A stretch of 64,000 nt of DNA from Myxococcota bacterium (lineage in GTDB: Bacteria; Myxococcota_A; UBA9160; SZUA-336). A model generated the notes under the pieces. The model was not told the DNA's origin, ran no database searches, and was given only the letters and a program-made list of their open reading frames with translations. Below are positions 10,044-20,209 of the stretch, piece after piece. The number at the start of each line of letters is the position of its first letter. Position 1 is the stretch's first letter. Location: the NCBI GenBank assembly GCA_965247115.1, contig CBDFGR010000003.1, positions 1,312,001 through 1,376,000 on the forward strand. The letters are read 5' to 3'. Both the position numbers and the translations under genes were made by a program.

Positions 10044-10994
10044 TCACACGAAGAGCGTGCTGACCGACTCCTCTTTGTGGATGCGGCGGATCGACTCCCC
10101 TAGCAAATGGGAGACCGTCGCCACCGAGATCTTCTCGCAGCTCTCCGCCTCCGGCCGCATCGGGATCGTATCCGTGGTGACGAGGCGCTCGAGCGGTGAC
10201 TCGCTGATGCGGCGCACCGCCGGCCCCGAGAGCACGGGGTGCGAGACCGCGGCGAGCACGCGTCGAGCACCCGCCTTCATGACCGCCTCTGCGGTCTGTG
10301 TGATGGAGCCCGCAGTATCCACCATGTCGTCGACGATGATGGCCGTCTTGCTCCTGACGTCGCCCACGATGTGGAGAATCTCAGAGACGTTGGCCTGCTC
10401 CCGCCGCTTGTCCGCGATCGCGAGATCCGCATGCAGGCGCTTCGCATACGCACGAGCGCGCTCCACACCCCCCGCGTCCGGTGAGACCACGACGAGGGGG
10501 TCGCCGGAGGGAACGACGGATCGGATCTCCTCGAGCAACACGGGCATGGCGAACAGGTTGTCGACCGGAATGCCAAAGAAGCCCTGAATCTGGCCGGCAT
10601 GGAGATCGAGGCAGACCGCGCGGTCCGCGCCGGATGCCTGAATCAGATCCGCGACCAGCCGTGCGGTGATCGGCGTGCGCGGTCGAACCTTGCGATCCTG
10701 TCTGCTGTAGCCGTAGTAGGGGATGACCGCCGTGATGCGCTTGGCGGAGCTGCGCCGCACCGTGTCGAGCAGGATCAAGAGCTCCATCAGGGTCTCGTTC
10801 GCCGGGCTGCAGGTGGACTGGACCACGAAGACGTCCATGCCCCGCACGTTCTCCTGGAGCTCCACCCTGCTCTCGCCGTCACTGAACGCGTTGACTTCGG
10901 CCTGACCCGGCCGGACGTCGAGGTGACGGCAGATGGCGGCCGCGAGCTCTGGGGACGCGTTTCCTGTGAAGATCTTCAGGTCGCTGTCAGACAT
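10044..10994 (-). CDS. prs: Ribose-phosphate pyrophosphokinase
   Basis: FSDGE, PYYGYSRQDRK, DLHAGQIQGFF, VSPDAGG and VDDMVDTAGS motifs. Confidence 0.98.
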   Translation of the reverse strand: MSDSDLKIFTGNASPELAAAICRHLDVRPGQAEVNAFSDGESRVELQENVRGMDVFVVQSTCSPANETLMELLILLDTVRRSSAKRITAVIPYYGYSRQDRKVRPRTPITARLVADLIQASGADRAVCLDLHAGQIQGFFGIPVDNLFAMPVLLEEIRSVVPSGDPLVVVSPDAGGVERARAYAKRLHADLAIADKRREQANVSEILHIVGDVRSKTAIIVDDMVDTAGSITQTAEAVMKAGARRVLAAVSHPVLSGPAVRRISESPLERLVTTDTIPMRPEAESCEKISVATVSHLLGESIRRIHKEESVSTLFV

Positions 10995-11054
10995 GCCCTA
11001 ACTCCTGACCCTTCAGCCCTCTTTGCTCGCTCTGGCCCAGCGCTCCTTCGCGAC

Positions 11055-11129
11055 TGGCTGGGGCGGCAGGATTCGAACCTGCGAATGACGGGTCCAAAGC
11101 CCGTTGCCTTACCACTTGGCGACGCCCCA
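11055..11129 (-). tRNA. tRNA-Gln (anticodon TTG), CCA encoded
   Basis: Reverse complement TGGGGCGTCGCCAAGTGGTAAGGCAACGGGCTTTGGACCCGTCATTCGCAGGTTCGAATCCTGCCGCCCCAGCCA forms a cloverleaf with GGTTCGAAT T-loop; typical ispE-tRNAGln-prs position. Confidence 0.96.
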
Positions 11130-11990
11130 TCCCCAGTCGTCGGAGGCGCTCCCGGGCGAGCTCACCAGGATTGTTCTCGCTCCGTCCGACACCGTGAGAG
11201 CGCCTCTCGCGCGCTTGGCTGCTGCCTCGCTCTCGAACCGGCCGTACACAGTCGGTCCGCTGCCACTCATCCCCGTCACCAGCGCCCCCGAACTCTCCAG
11301 CGCCCGCCGTGCCGCCCCGACTTCGGGATGACGTCGCGAGGTCACGGTCTCGAGGTCGTTCTTGGGGGATGAGAGGACCCCCGAAGGCCCCAGGAGCGCC
11401 GCGATACTAGACACATCGCGGGGGAGCGTCAATTCGCGAGAGGCCTCTCGATAGGCCCACGCGGTGGAGACGGGAAAGTCGAAACAAATCAAGAGCCACC
11501 ACATCTCCGGGACGTCCGGAACCGGCTCGAGGAGCTCGCCGATGCCGCGGCCCACACTCGCCCTGGGGGACAGGAAGAAGGGCACATCGGCCCCGAGCGC
11601 GAGAGCGAGCGAGCCGCGGGCCCGCGCGCAGAGGCTCCGTCCTACGAGCCGCTCGATCCCCAGAATCGTCGCCGCGGCATCGGAGGAGCCACCACCCAGC
11701 CCTGCCGCGATCGGAATGTGCTTGGCGAGGCGCAGCTCGAGGGCGGGCTCCAGCTCGAGCTCTCTGCAGGTCCGCTGGGCGGCCTGCACGACCAGATTTT
11801 CCTCGTCTGTAGGCAGGTCAGCGCCACGGACGTCGAGCCTGATCCCGGGCTGTGACGCACGGTCCAGCTCCAGCTCGTCGAACAGGCAGAGAGGCACGAA
11901 GAGCGTCTCGATTTCGTGGTAGCCGTCGCTGCGCCGGGCGATCAACCGCAGCCCCAGGTTGAGCTTGGCGGGAGCGAGGAGCCGGACCAC
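11109..11990 (-). CDS. ispE: 4-diphosphocytidyl-2-C-methyl-D-erythritol kinase
   Basis: APAKLNLGL, DGYHEI, KHIPIAAGLGGGSSDAA, GADVPFF, NDLE and MSGSGPT motifs. Confidence 0.97.
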   Translation of the reverse strand: MVRLLAPAKLNLGLRLIARRSDGYHEIETLFVPLCLFDELELDRASQPGIRLDVRGADLPTDEENLVVQAAQRTCRELELEPALELRLAKHIPIAAGLGGGSSDAAATILGIERLVGRSLCARARGSLALALGADVPFFLSPRASVGRGIGELLEPVPDVPEMWWLLICFDFPVSTAWAYREASRELTLPRDVSSIAALLGPSGVLSSPKNDLETVTSRRHPEVGAARRALESSGALVTGMSGSGPTVYGRFESEAAAKRARGALTVSDGARTILVSSPGSASDDWGWGVAKW

Positions 11991-11992
11991 CC

Positions 11993-12310
11993 TCAGCCGC
12001 TGTCGCCGCGTGCCTCGACGTACTTGATGTGCACCTGGTGTAGCACGCTGTCGAGTAGGGCCGCCTCCTGAGGCTCGAGATTCCCTTTGGTCTTCTCGCT
12101 CAGCATCTCGAGAATGTCGATCGTCTGCCGTGCCAGAGGCAGGTTCATCTCTGGCGCCTCGCCCGCCTCCGGTCCTGGCGATGCGCCCAGGTGCACCATC
12201 GTCGAGGTGGAGAGCGAGAGTACGAGCGTGCTGAAGGTCAGCTCTGGCGCCGCGGCCGGAGTGGCCTCATCCATCTTGAACCCACCGGGTCCACTCTGCT
12301 CCTTAGTCAT
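11993..12310 (-). CDS. DUF1844 family protein
   Basis: FSTLVLSLSTS..HLG..NLPLARQTIDILEML.EKTKGNL pattern. Confidence 0.8.
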   Translation of the reverse strand: MTKEQSGPGGFKMDEATPAAAPELTFSTLVLSLSTSTMVHLGASPGPEAGEAPEMNLPLARQTIDILEMLSEKTKGNLEPQEAALLDSVLHQVHIKYVEARGDSG

Positions 12311-12941
12311 GCGAAGCCTCCTCTACACCGGCCTCGAGTGTTGGATCCTGGCCCGTGTCGTCCAGGATTTGCAACAGGCGATGTGCGGCCCAGATCCGCT
12401 GGGCGGCAGTCCAGGTCGAGCCGAGCGCGATGATCAGCAGGGCCACCTGGACGAAGCCCGTCAGCCCACCCAGGATCAGGATCACGCAGCGCTCGGCCCG
12501 CTCCATCAGTCCAACCGAGAGGTTGGACAGGTCCTTCTCTGCCCGCGCGCGGATATAGCTCGTCATGAACGACCCGAGCACGGCCCAGAAGAGCAGCAGC
12601 ACGCCGGTCCCGTCTCCGTGACTCGCCATGGCGAAGCCGATGCCGGCGAACACCAGCAGCTCGGAGACACGATCCATGCTGGAATCGAAGAAAGCGCCGA
12701 ACGCGGACGAGCTCCCCTGAATCCGGGCAACCACCCCGTCGACCAGGTCGAAGAACCCCGCCAGAAGGAGGAGCAAAGCCGCCAGCTGCGGCTCGTCCCA
12801 CGCGAAAGCCAGGCCGCTCGCGCCCGACACGAGCACCCCCGTAACGGTCAGAGTGTCTGGACGGAGACGCAGCCGTTCCAGAAACGGAAAGGCGCGCTTC
12901 ACGACCCGGTCGAAGTCGGCACCGAGCCGCGCCTTGATCAC
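12303..12941 (-). CDS. CDP-alcohol phosphatidyltransferase (phosphatidylinositol-phosphate synthase-like)
   Basis: DLVDGVVAR..GAFFDSSMDRVSE signature, plus SYIRARAE and GLMERAER. Confidence 0.87.
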   Translation of the reverse strand: MIKARLGADFDRVVKRAFPFLERLRLRPDTLTVTGVLVSGASGLAFAWDEPQLAALLLLLAGFFDLVDGVVARIQGSSSAFGAFFDSSMDRVSELLVFAGIGFAMASHGDGTGVLLLFWAVLGSFMTSYIRARAEKDLSNLSVGLMERAERCVILILGGLTGFVQVALLIIALGSTWTAAQRIWAAHRLLQILDDTGQDPTLEAGVEEASHD

Positions 12942-12953
12942 TGGCTGGATCTT

Positions 12954-13226
12954 CTACAGGTCGGATTCGTCGAGCGGGACGGGTTCGGGCTTGACCGTGG
13001 GCAGCGGACCCTCCTCCACGAAGCGCTCCACGCGCTCTGCGCGTGCAGCCCCTTCCGCCTCGAACTCTGCCCTGAGACGCTGCAGATCTTCGTCGGAATC
13101 CGCTTCGGCGCGCTGCTCGAGATCCGGGAGCTTCTCGAGCTCCTTCTCGACCTCGCTCTCGCTCACATCTCCTCTGCGAATGGCGCGCTCGAGGAGCCTG
13201 CTGTCCTGGCGTTGCGACGAGGCCAT
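12954..13226 (-). CDS. Small acidic hypothetical protein (90 aa)
   Basis: ATG at 13226 with AGGAG SD; MASSQRQDSRLLERAIRRGDVSESEVEKELEKLPD. The ORF-track extension upstream reads through a repeat. Confidence 0.7.
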   Translation of the reverse strand: MASSQRQDSRLLERAIRRGDVSESEVEKELEKLPDLEQRAEADSDEDLQRLRAEFEAEGAARAERVERFVEEGPLPTVKPEPVPLDESDL

Positions 13227-13240
13227 ACTGGATCTCCTTT

Positions 13241-13334
13241 TCTTGTGGGACCCGGCCGCGGGCGGCCGCGGCCACCCACCTCCGCTCAGGCCTGCGGCCT
13301 TCGCTGCGCGCGCCGCGTTGCGCGGCGCTTGCAT
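13241..13334 (+). repeat. Repeat family A, copy 2
   Basis: TCTTGTGGGACCCGGCCGCGGGCGGCCGCGGCCACCCACCTCCGCTCAGG..TTCGCTGCGCGCGCCGCGTTGCGCGGCGCTTGCA. Confidence 0.9.
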
Positions 13335-13412
13335 GGGAGGCGGCGCATGGCTTGCCTTTTTTGACCGCGGGGGCAGAGTCTAACAAGCTGGGGGGTGGGG
13401 TGCTCGTTTGCG

Positions 13413-13441
13413 TTGACACCGCCGGGAGTCATGCCTAACCT
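13413..13441 (+). promoter_or_regulatory. sigma70-type promoter for bamD
   Basis: TTGACA-N17-TAACCT, ending 27 nt before the ATG. Confidence 0.7.
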
Positions 13442-13468
13442 GCGAATTCTCCAGTAAACCAGATAGTT

Positions 13469-14431
13469 ATGAGCAAGACGCTACGTACCATCGTTGGTCT
13501 CGGGCTCGCAGTTGCGATCTCTGGCGGCTGCAGTTCGACACCGGAGCCGCAGGAGTTTCCGACCGCGGAGACCTACTACGAGCGCGGGCTCGAGGGTCTG
13601 GTGCCGCATCGCCGACTCATCTTCCTCACAGAGGTGGACTACCAGACGGCTATCGAGAACTTCCAGGAGGTGATCGATAACTATCCCTACAGTGAGTACG
13701 CCACCCTGGCGGAAATCAAGCTCGCCGACGTTCACTATGAGCGGAAGCAGTACCCCGAGGCCGCGAGCTACTACCAGGACTTCGTCGAGCTCCATCCACG
13801 CCACGAGCTGGTGCCCCACGCCATGTATCGGAGCGGCATGTGCTCGTTCCAGCAGATGCGCGAATCCGATCGGGACCAGACCGCCACCTTCGAGGCGATC
13901 TCCCACTTCCGGACGCTGCTCGGGCGCTACCCCGATGCCGAGACGGCGGAGGATGCCGCCCTGCGGCTTCAGGAGGCCGAGGATCTGCTGGCGCAGGTCG
14001 ATCTGGAGGTGGGCCAGTTCTACTTCGAACGTGGGGAGTATCACGCGGCTGTCGAGCGCTTTCGCCGGGCGTTGACCCAGTTCCCGAGTCACACCGGCCA
14101 CCTGACGACCATGTCCATGCTCGGAGTCGCGCTGATCCGCGTTGGCGACCCTGTTAGCGGGGAGGCAATCCTGGCCGAGGCGCTGGCCTCGAATCCGGAC
14201 CAGGAGCTTCGCGACTTGATCGACTCCGAGCTCCGCGAGATCACGGCCCTCCCGGGCTACGCCGCCATGCTCGAGGAGGTCCCGGACAGCCCGGTCCTGC
14301 GCGAGCGACCACCCCTGTACAAGCGAGCCTGGCGCACCACCACCGCGCCGTTCCGGTTGGCCGCAAAGCCGCTCATCGCGCTCGGATCCGGAGCAGGCAA
14401 GCTCTTCGGCGCCATGTGGGGAATGTTCTAG
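13469..14431 (+). CDS. bamD: Outer membrane protein assembly factor BamD (TPR lipoprotein)
   Basis: Lipobox ISGGC, YPYSEYA, FVELHPRH, RDQT and EVGQFYF motifs. Confidence 0.9.
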   Translation: MSKTLRTIVGLGLAVAISGGCSSTPEPQEFPTAETYYERGLEGLVPHRRLIFLTEVDYQTAIENFQEVIDNYPYSEYATLAEIKLADVHYERKQYPEAASYYQDFVELHPRHELVPHAMYRSGMCSFQQMRESDRDQTATFEAISHFRTLLGRYPDAETAEDAALRLQEAEDLLAQVDLEVGQFYFERGEYHAAVERFRRALTQFPSHTGHLTTMSMLGVALIRVGDPVSGEAILAEALASNPDQELRDLIDSELREITALPGYAAMLEEVPDSPVLRERPPLYKRAWRTTTAPFRLAAKPLIALGSGAGKLFGAMWGMF

Positions 14432-14477
14432 CCTGTTTTTTGTACAGGCTGCTCGTCGCATGCGTCATGATGTGTGT

Positions 14478-14870
14478 ATGACTATCGAGCTCAATCACAC
14501 GATCGTTGCAGCGCGCGACAAGGAAGAGTCCGCTCTCTTCTACGAGAGGATTTTCGGGCTCAAGTACGAGGGTCCACTCGGGCACTTTGCGCCGATTCGG
14601 ATTCCGAGCCAGTCGCTGACGCTGGACTTCGACAACCGGGAGTCGTTCCAGTCACAGCACTACGCCTTCAAGGTCAGCGAGCTGGAGTTCGACGAGATCT
14701 TCGGCCGCGTCCAGGAGGCCGGGCTCGAGTACGGCAGCGGCCCGTTCAGTCCCACGGATGGGGAGATCAACCACTGGAACGAGGGCCGGGGCGTCTACTT
14801 CCGCGACCCCAATGGCCACCTCCTGGAGATCCTCACCCGCGACTACACGGCGGAGCAGTTCTCCAGCTGA
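14478..14870 (+). CDS. VOC/glyoxalase family protein
   Basis: LNHTIV, HYAFKV and GRGVYFRDPNGHLLEI motifs. Confidence 0.9.
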   Translation: MTIELNHTIVAARDKEESALFYERIFGLKYEGPLGHFAPIRIPSQSLTLDFDNRESFQSQHYAFKVSELEFDEIFGRVQEAGLEYGSGPFSPTDGEINHWNEGRGVYFRDPNGHLLEILTRDYTAEQFSS

Positions 14871-14898
14871 ACTCAGCGCCAAGTACGTTCTGCCAAGT

Positions 14899-17526
14899 TC
14901 AGCTGGCGAGCGAGCGCTCGAGCAGCTCGACGGCGCGGTCCAGGGCCTGCGGGATCTTGTCGCCCTCTGTGCCGCCGGCCTGGGCGAAGTCCGGGCGGCC
15001 GCCGCCGGAGCCGCCGACGAGGGGGGCGATCTGCTTGATCAGGTCGTTCGCGCTCACGCGCTCGGCCAGGTCCGCAGTCACACCGACGGCCAGGGCCGCC
15101 TTGCGCTCCTGGCGCGTGCCGAGTACGACGACGCCGCTGCGGATGCGCTGTTTGAGCTCGTCGATCATGCCGCGCAGCTCTTTTGGCGTGGCCTCTTCGA
15201 CCTCGCTGGCGATCAGACTCACACCGGACACCTCGCGGAGCGCCAGCATCGGATCCGACCCGCCGCCGCGGCGGAGCCGCGCGCGCGCCTGCTCGAGCTC
15301 GCGCTCGAGCTCCTTCTGCCGCTCGAGCAGCCGGCGTAGCCGCTCCGGGACCTCGGAGGGCGGGGCCTTCAAGAGCTGCGAGGCCGAGCGCAGGGTGTCG
15401 GTCTCGCGGCGCGCCTGCTCCAGCACTCCGAGGCCGGTCTGGGCCTCGACGCGCCGCACCCCCGCACCGATCGCGCTCTGCGAGATGATCCGGAACGAGC
15501 CGATGTCGCCCGTGGCGCCGGCATGGGTCCCGCCGCACAGCTCCGTCGAGGGGCCGAAGCTCACGACCCGAACCGTGTCGCCGTACTTCTCCCCGAACAT
15601 CGCGATGGCGCCGGCATCGATGGCCTGCTGACGGCTCTTCTGCTCGGTGCTCGAGCGCAGGTTCTGGAGGATCAGCTCGTTCACCAGATCCTCGACCTCC
15701 GCGATCTGCTCATCGGTCAGCGGGTCATCGTGCGCGAAGTCGAAGCGCAGCCGGTCTGGAGCGACGAGCGATCCCGCCTGCGCGACCTGAGGGCCGAGCA
15801 CGCTGCGCAAGGCCCAGTGCAGGAGGTGGGTGCCAGAGTGGTTTCGCACCGTGGCGGCGCGCTTTCGGGCGTCGACCCGCAGGGTCACCGCATCGCCCAC
15901 GCGCAGCCTCCCGATGCTGACGCGCCCAGCGTGGATGATCAGTCCCTCTACGGGACTCTGCGTGTCCTCTATCTCGATGCGACCTTCGGGTCCCTCCACG
16001 GTCCCCACGTCGCCGACCTGACCGCCGCTCTCCGCGTAGAAGGGCGTGGTCTCGACGGCGATCTCCACGGGCTCGCCCTCGGAAACGGCGTCGGTCTCGG
16101 CGCCGTCGCGGAGCAACGCGGTGACACACGATGGCTGCTCGAGCTCCGCGTAGCCGACGAAGCGGGAGCTCTGGCGACTCGCCAGCTGGCTGTATACCTC
16201 GCTCGGTGCGCCCCCTCCTGCACCCTTCCACGCCGCCCGCGCGCGCTCGGCCTGCTCCCGCATCAGGGCGTCGAAGGCGGCGCGATCGTAGTCGAGCTCG
16301 TGGCCACGCAGGATGTCCTCGGTCAGATCGGTGGGAAAGCCGTAGGTGTCGTAGAGCTTGAACACGACCTCACCCGACAGACGCTGCCGCCGCTCGCGAC
16401 GCACCTGGTTGACCTCTTCATCGAGCAGCACCAGACCGCGGCCCAGCGTGCTCAGAAACCGTTCCTCCTCGCGCTTGATCGTCTCCTGGATGAAGGGACG
16501 CCGCTCCCGAATATCGGGGTAGGCCGCGCCCATCTCCGCGATCACCACGTCGGCAACCTCGTAGAGAAAGGGTTCCTCCATGCCGAGCAGTACGCCGTGG
16601 CGTGCGGCGCGGCGCAGGACGCGGCGCAATACGTAGCCCCGCCCCTCGTTCGAAGGGAGGATCCCCTCGCCAATGAGGAATGTGCAGGCGCGGGCGTGAT
16701 CGGCCACCACGCGGAGCGACACATCGTTCTCCTCGTTCGCGCCGTAGGACTTCCCAGAGAGCTCTGATCCCCTGTCGAGCAAAGGGCGAAACAGATCAGT
16801 GTCGTAATTGCTGGAGACCCCCTGCAGCACTCTCGCCAGTCGCTCAAGACCGAGGCCCGTATCGATCGACGGCTTGGGCAGCGGCACTCGGCTCCCATCC
16901 TCCTTCTGCTCGAACTGCATGAAGACCAGGTTCCACAGCTCGATGTAGCCGTCTTCGGAGGGATCGCGCCCGGCTTCAAAGGCCTCCGGGTCGAGGATCA
17001 GGTGGATCTCGGAGCAGGGACCACACGGCCCGGTGTCCGCCATCTGCCAGAAGTTCTCACTGTCGGGCAGGCGAAAGATCCGCTCGGTGCCAAGGCCGAT
17101 CTCCTGCCGCCACAGGTCGTACGCCTCCTCGTCCTCTTCGTGGATCGAGACGACCAGTCGCTCGGGGGCGATCTTCGCCACGTTGGTCAGAAAGTCCCAG
17201 CCGTACTCGATCGCCTCCTTCTTGAAGTAGTCGCCAAAGGAGAAGTTCCCGAGCATCTCGAAGAAGGTCTGATGGCTGGGCGAACGGCCCACCTCTTCCA
17301 GGTCGTTGTGCTTACCCGAGACGCGCATGCACTTCTGCGAGGTGACGGCGCGCACGTAGTCGCGCCTCTCCTCTCCGAGAAACAGGCGCTTGAAGGGCAC
17401 CATCCCCGCGTTCACGAACATCAGCGTCGGATCGCCCTCGGGTACCAGCGACCCCGCCGCCACCACCCGATGCCCGCGCTCCTCAAAGTAACGCAGAAAC
17501 TCCCGCCTGATCTCGGCCCCGTTCAT
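14899..17526 (-). CDS. alaS: Alanine-tRNA ligase
   Basis: NAGMVPFK, HQTFFEMLGNFSFGDYFK, YDTYGFP, NHSGTHLLH, ELCGGTH and GGGRPDFAQAGG motifs. Confidence 0.99.
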   Translation of the reverse strand: MNGAEIRREFLRYFEERGHRVVAAGSLVPEGDPTLMFVNAGMVPFKRLFLGEERRDYVRAVTSQKCMRVSGKHNDLEEVGRSPSHQTFFEMLGNFSFGDYFKKEAIEYGWDFLTNVAKIAPERLVVSIHEEDEEAYDLWRQEIGLGTERIFRLPDSENFWQMADTGPCGPCSEIHLILDPEAFEAGRDPSEDGYIELWNLVFMQFEQKEDGSRVPLPKPSIDTGLGLERLARVLQGVSSNYDTDLFRPLLDRGSELSGKSYGANEENDVSLRVVADHARACTFLIGEGILPSNEGRGYVLRRVLRRAARHGVLLGMEEPFLYEVADVVIAEMGAAYPDIRERRPFIQETIKREEERFLSTLGRGLVLLDEEVNQVRRERRQRLSGEVVFKLYDTYGFPTDLTEDILRGHELDYDRAAFDALMREQAERARAAWKGAGGGAPSEVYSQLASRQSSRFVGYAELEQPSCVTALLRDGAETDAVSEGEPVEIAVETTPFYAESGGQVGDVGTVEGPEGRIEIEDTQSPVEGLIIHAGRVSIGRLRVGDAVTLRVDARKRAATVRNHSGTHLLHWALRSVLGPQVAQAGSLVAPDRLRFDFAHDDPLTDEQIAEVEDLVNELILQNLRSSTEQKSRQQAIDAGAIAMFGEKYGDTVRVVSFGPSTELCGGTHAGATGDIGSFRIISQSAIGAGVRRVEAQTGLGVLEQARRETDTLRSASQLLKAPPSEVPERLRRLLERQKELERELEQARARLRRGGGSDPMLALREVSGVSLIASEVEEATPKELRGMIDELKQRIRSGVVVLGTRQERKAALAVGVTADLAERVSANDLIKQIAPLVGGSGGGRPDFAQAGGTEGDKIPQALDRAVELLERSLAS

Positions 17527-17549
17527 GCCGGGCAAGATACCAATCTTTC

Positions 17550-17683
17550 AGATTCCGGACCGGTCTTGTGGGACCCGGCCGCGGGCGGCCGCGGCCACCC
17601 ACCTTCGCTCGGCTTCGCCTCGCTGCGCGCCTGCGCTACCGCGCGGCTTGCAGGGTGCCCACTCCATCGTGGGTCCGGAATCT
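17550..17683 (+). repeat. Repeat family A, copy 3 (17564-17656), enclosed by a 12-bp inverted repeat AGATTCCGGACC/GGTCCGGAATCT
   Basis: Core matches copies 1 and 2; flanks at 17550-17561 and 17672-17683 are exact reverse complements. Confidence 0.85.
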
Positions 17684-17723
17684 AAATCATCGTGGGTCGG
17701 GTCTTGTAGGACCTGCAGCGGGA

Positions 17724-17812
17724 CACCCCGCAAGCCGCGCGATGGCGCGGCGCGCAGCGAGCCGTAGGCGAGCGAAGGTGGGTGGCCGCGGGCCGCGGCC
17801 GGGTCCCACAAG
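17724..17812 (-). repeat. Repeat family A, copy 4, inverted relative to copy 3
   Basis: ...gcgaaggtgggtggccgcgggccgcggccgggtcccacaag is the reverse complement of the core. Confidence 0.88.
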
Positions 17813-17826
17813 GCAACAAGGCAGAC

Positions 17827-19023
17827 CTAAAAACGCTCGATTTTGAGGTCGTCTTCCAGGCTGGTCTCGGCGGGGCTCTCTTCTTCGGCGTCGAGGAGCT
17901 CGAGGTCGTCTTCCTTCGCCTGCTCGAAGTCGTCCCAGGTTCCATCCGAGGTGGCGGAGATCCCCTTGAAGCGCAGAGCGAAGTCGTCGGGGTTGGACAC
18001 GTGCCCGAGGGCAGCCTCGTAGTCGACGAGGCCGTTCTTGACGTGCTGCATCAGCGACTGGTCGAAGGTCTGCATGCCGTAGGTGGTGAAACCTTTGGCG
18101 ATGGCGTCGGTGATCTCCTTGGCCATGTCCTTGTCCGCGATGCACTCGCGGATCCGGGCCGTGGATACCATCACCTCGACCGCGGGGACGCGGCCCTTGG
18201 AGTCGGCGCGGGGAACCAGGCGCTGACTGATGATGCCTTTGATGATGCTCGCCAGCTGCAGCCGGACCTGCGCCTGCTGGTGCGGCGGGAAGACCGAGAC
18301 AATGCGGGTGATGGTCTCGGTAGCGTCGATGGTGTGCAGGGTGGAGAGTACGAGGTGACCCGTTTCAGCAGCGGTCAGGGCCGTCTCGATTGTCTCGAAG
18401 TCCCGCATCTCGCCGACCAGGATCACATCAGGGTCCTGGCGCAAGGCAGAGCGAAGGGCTGACGCAAAGCTGGTCGTGTCCACGCCGATCTCGCGCTGGT
18501 TGACGATGGAGCGCTTGTCGCGGATCAGGAACTCGATCGGGTCCTCGATCGTGATGATGTTGCAGGTGCGGGTGGAGTTGATGCAGTCGATCACCGCCGC
18601 GAGCGTCGTCGACTTGCCCGAGCCGGTGGTCCCGGTCACCAGCACCAGCCCGCGCGCCTCCATCCCGATCTTCTCGACGATTTTCGGGAGGTCCAGCTGC
18701 TCGATGTTCTTCACGCCGAAGGGGATCACGCGGAACACGATGCCGACCATCCCGCGCTGCATGAACGTGTTCACGCGGAAGCGGCCCAGCCCGGCGATCG
18801 AGTACGCCAGGTCGACCTCGTGGTGCTTCTCGAAGTGCGCCCGCTGACCCGGCGTCATGATCTGGTTCACGATCTGGTTGAGCTGCTCTGGTGTGTTGCG
18901 CTCACCATTTCGCAGAGGGACGAGCACACCGTCCACCCGGAACAGGGGTGGCAGACCCGCCTTCAGGTGGATGTCCGAGGCGTTGCCCTTGATCGCGATC
19001 TTCAGAACGTCGTTGAGTTCCAT
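17827..19023 (-). CDS. pilT: Type IV pilus retraction ATPase (PilT/PilU family)
   Basis: ASDIHL, GRFRVN, GTTGSGKSTT, TIEDPIEF, LRQDPDVILVGEMRD, AETGHLVLSTLHT and GMQTFDQSL motifs. Confidence 0.95.
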   Translation of the reverse strand: MELNDVLKIAIKGNASDIHLKAGLPPLFRVDGVLVPLRNGERNTPEQLNQIVNQIMTPGQRAHFEKHHEVDLAYSIAGLGRFRVNTFMQRGMVGIVFRVIPFGVKNIEQLDLPKIVEKIGMEARGLVLVTGTTGSGKSTTLAAVIDCINSTRTCNIITIEDPIEFLIRDKRSIVNQREIGVDTTSFASALRSALRQDPDVILVGEMRDFETIETALTAAETGHLVLSTLHTIDATETITRIVSVFPPHQQAQVRLQLASIIKGIISQRLVPRADSKGRVPAVEVMVSTARIRECIADKDMAKEITDAIAKGFTTYGMQTFDQSLMQHVKNGLVDYEAALGHVSNPDDFALRFKGISATSDGTWDDFEQAKEDDLELLDAEEESPAETSLEDDLKIERF

Positions 19024-19137
19024 ACCCGCCAGACCGCGCGTGGACCCGAAACGCGCAGTATGGGGATCGATCGACGCAATACAGGGGAACCTTGAACTGC
19101 TCTTGCAAACGGCGGGTGGCGGGGATGTCCGACCGGT

Positions 19138-20199
<1,062 letters not shown>

Positions 20200-20209
20200 T
20201 TTTCTTCTC

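Noticed and set aside
13227..13334. 36-aa N-terminal extension of the 12954 ORF, and small ORFs at 17525-17945
   Set aside because: Translations of repeat family A; the real start at 13226 has its own SD.
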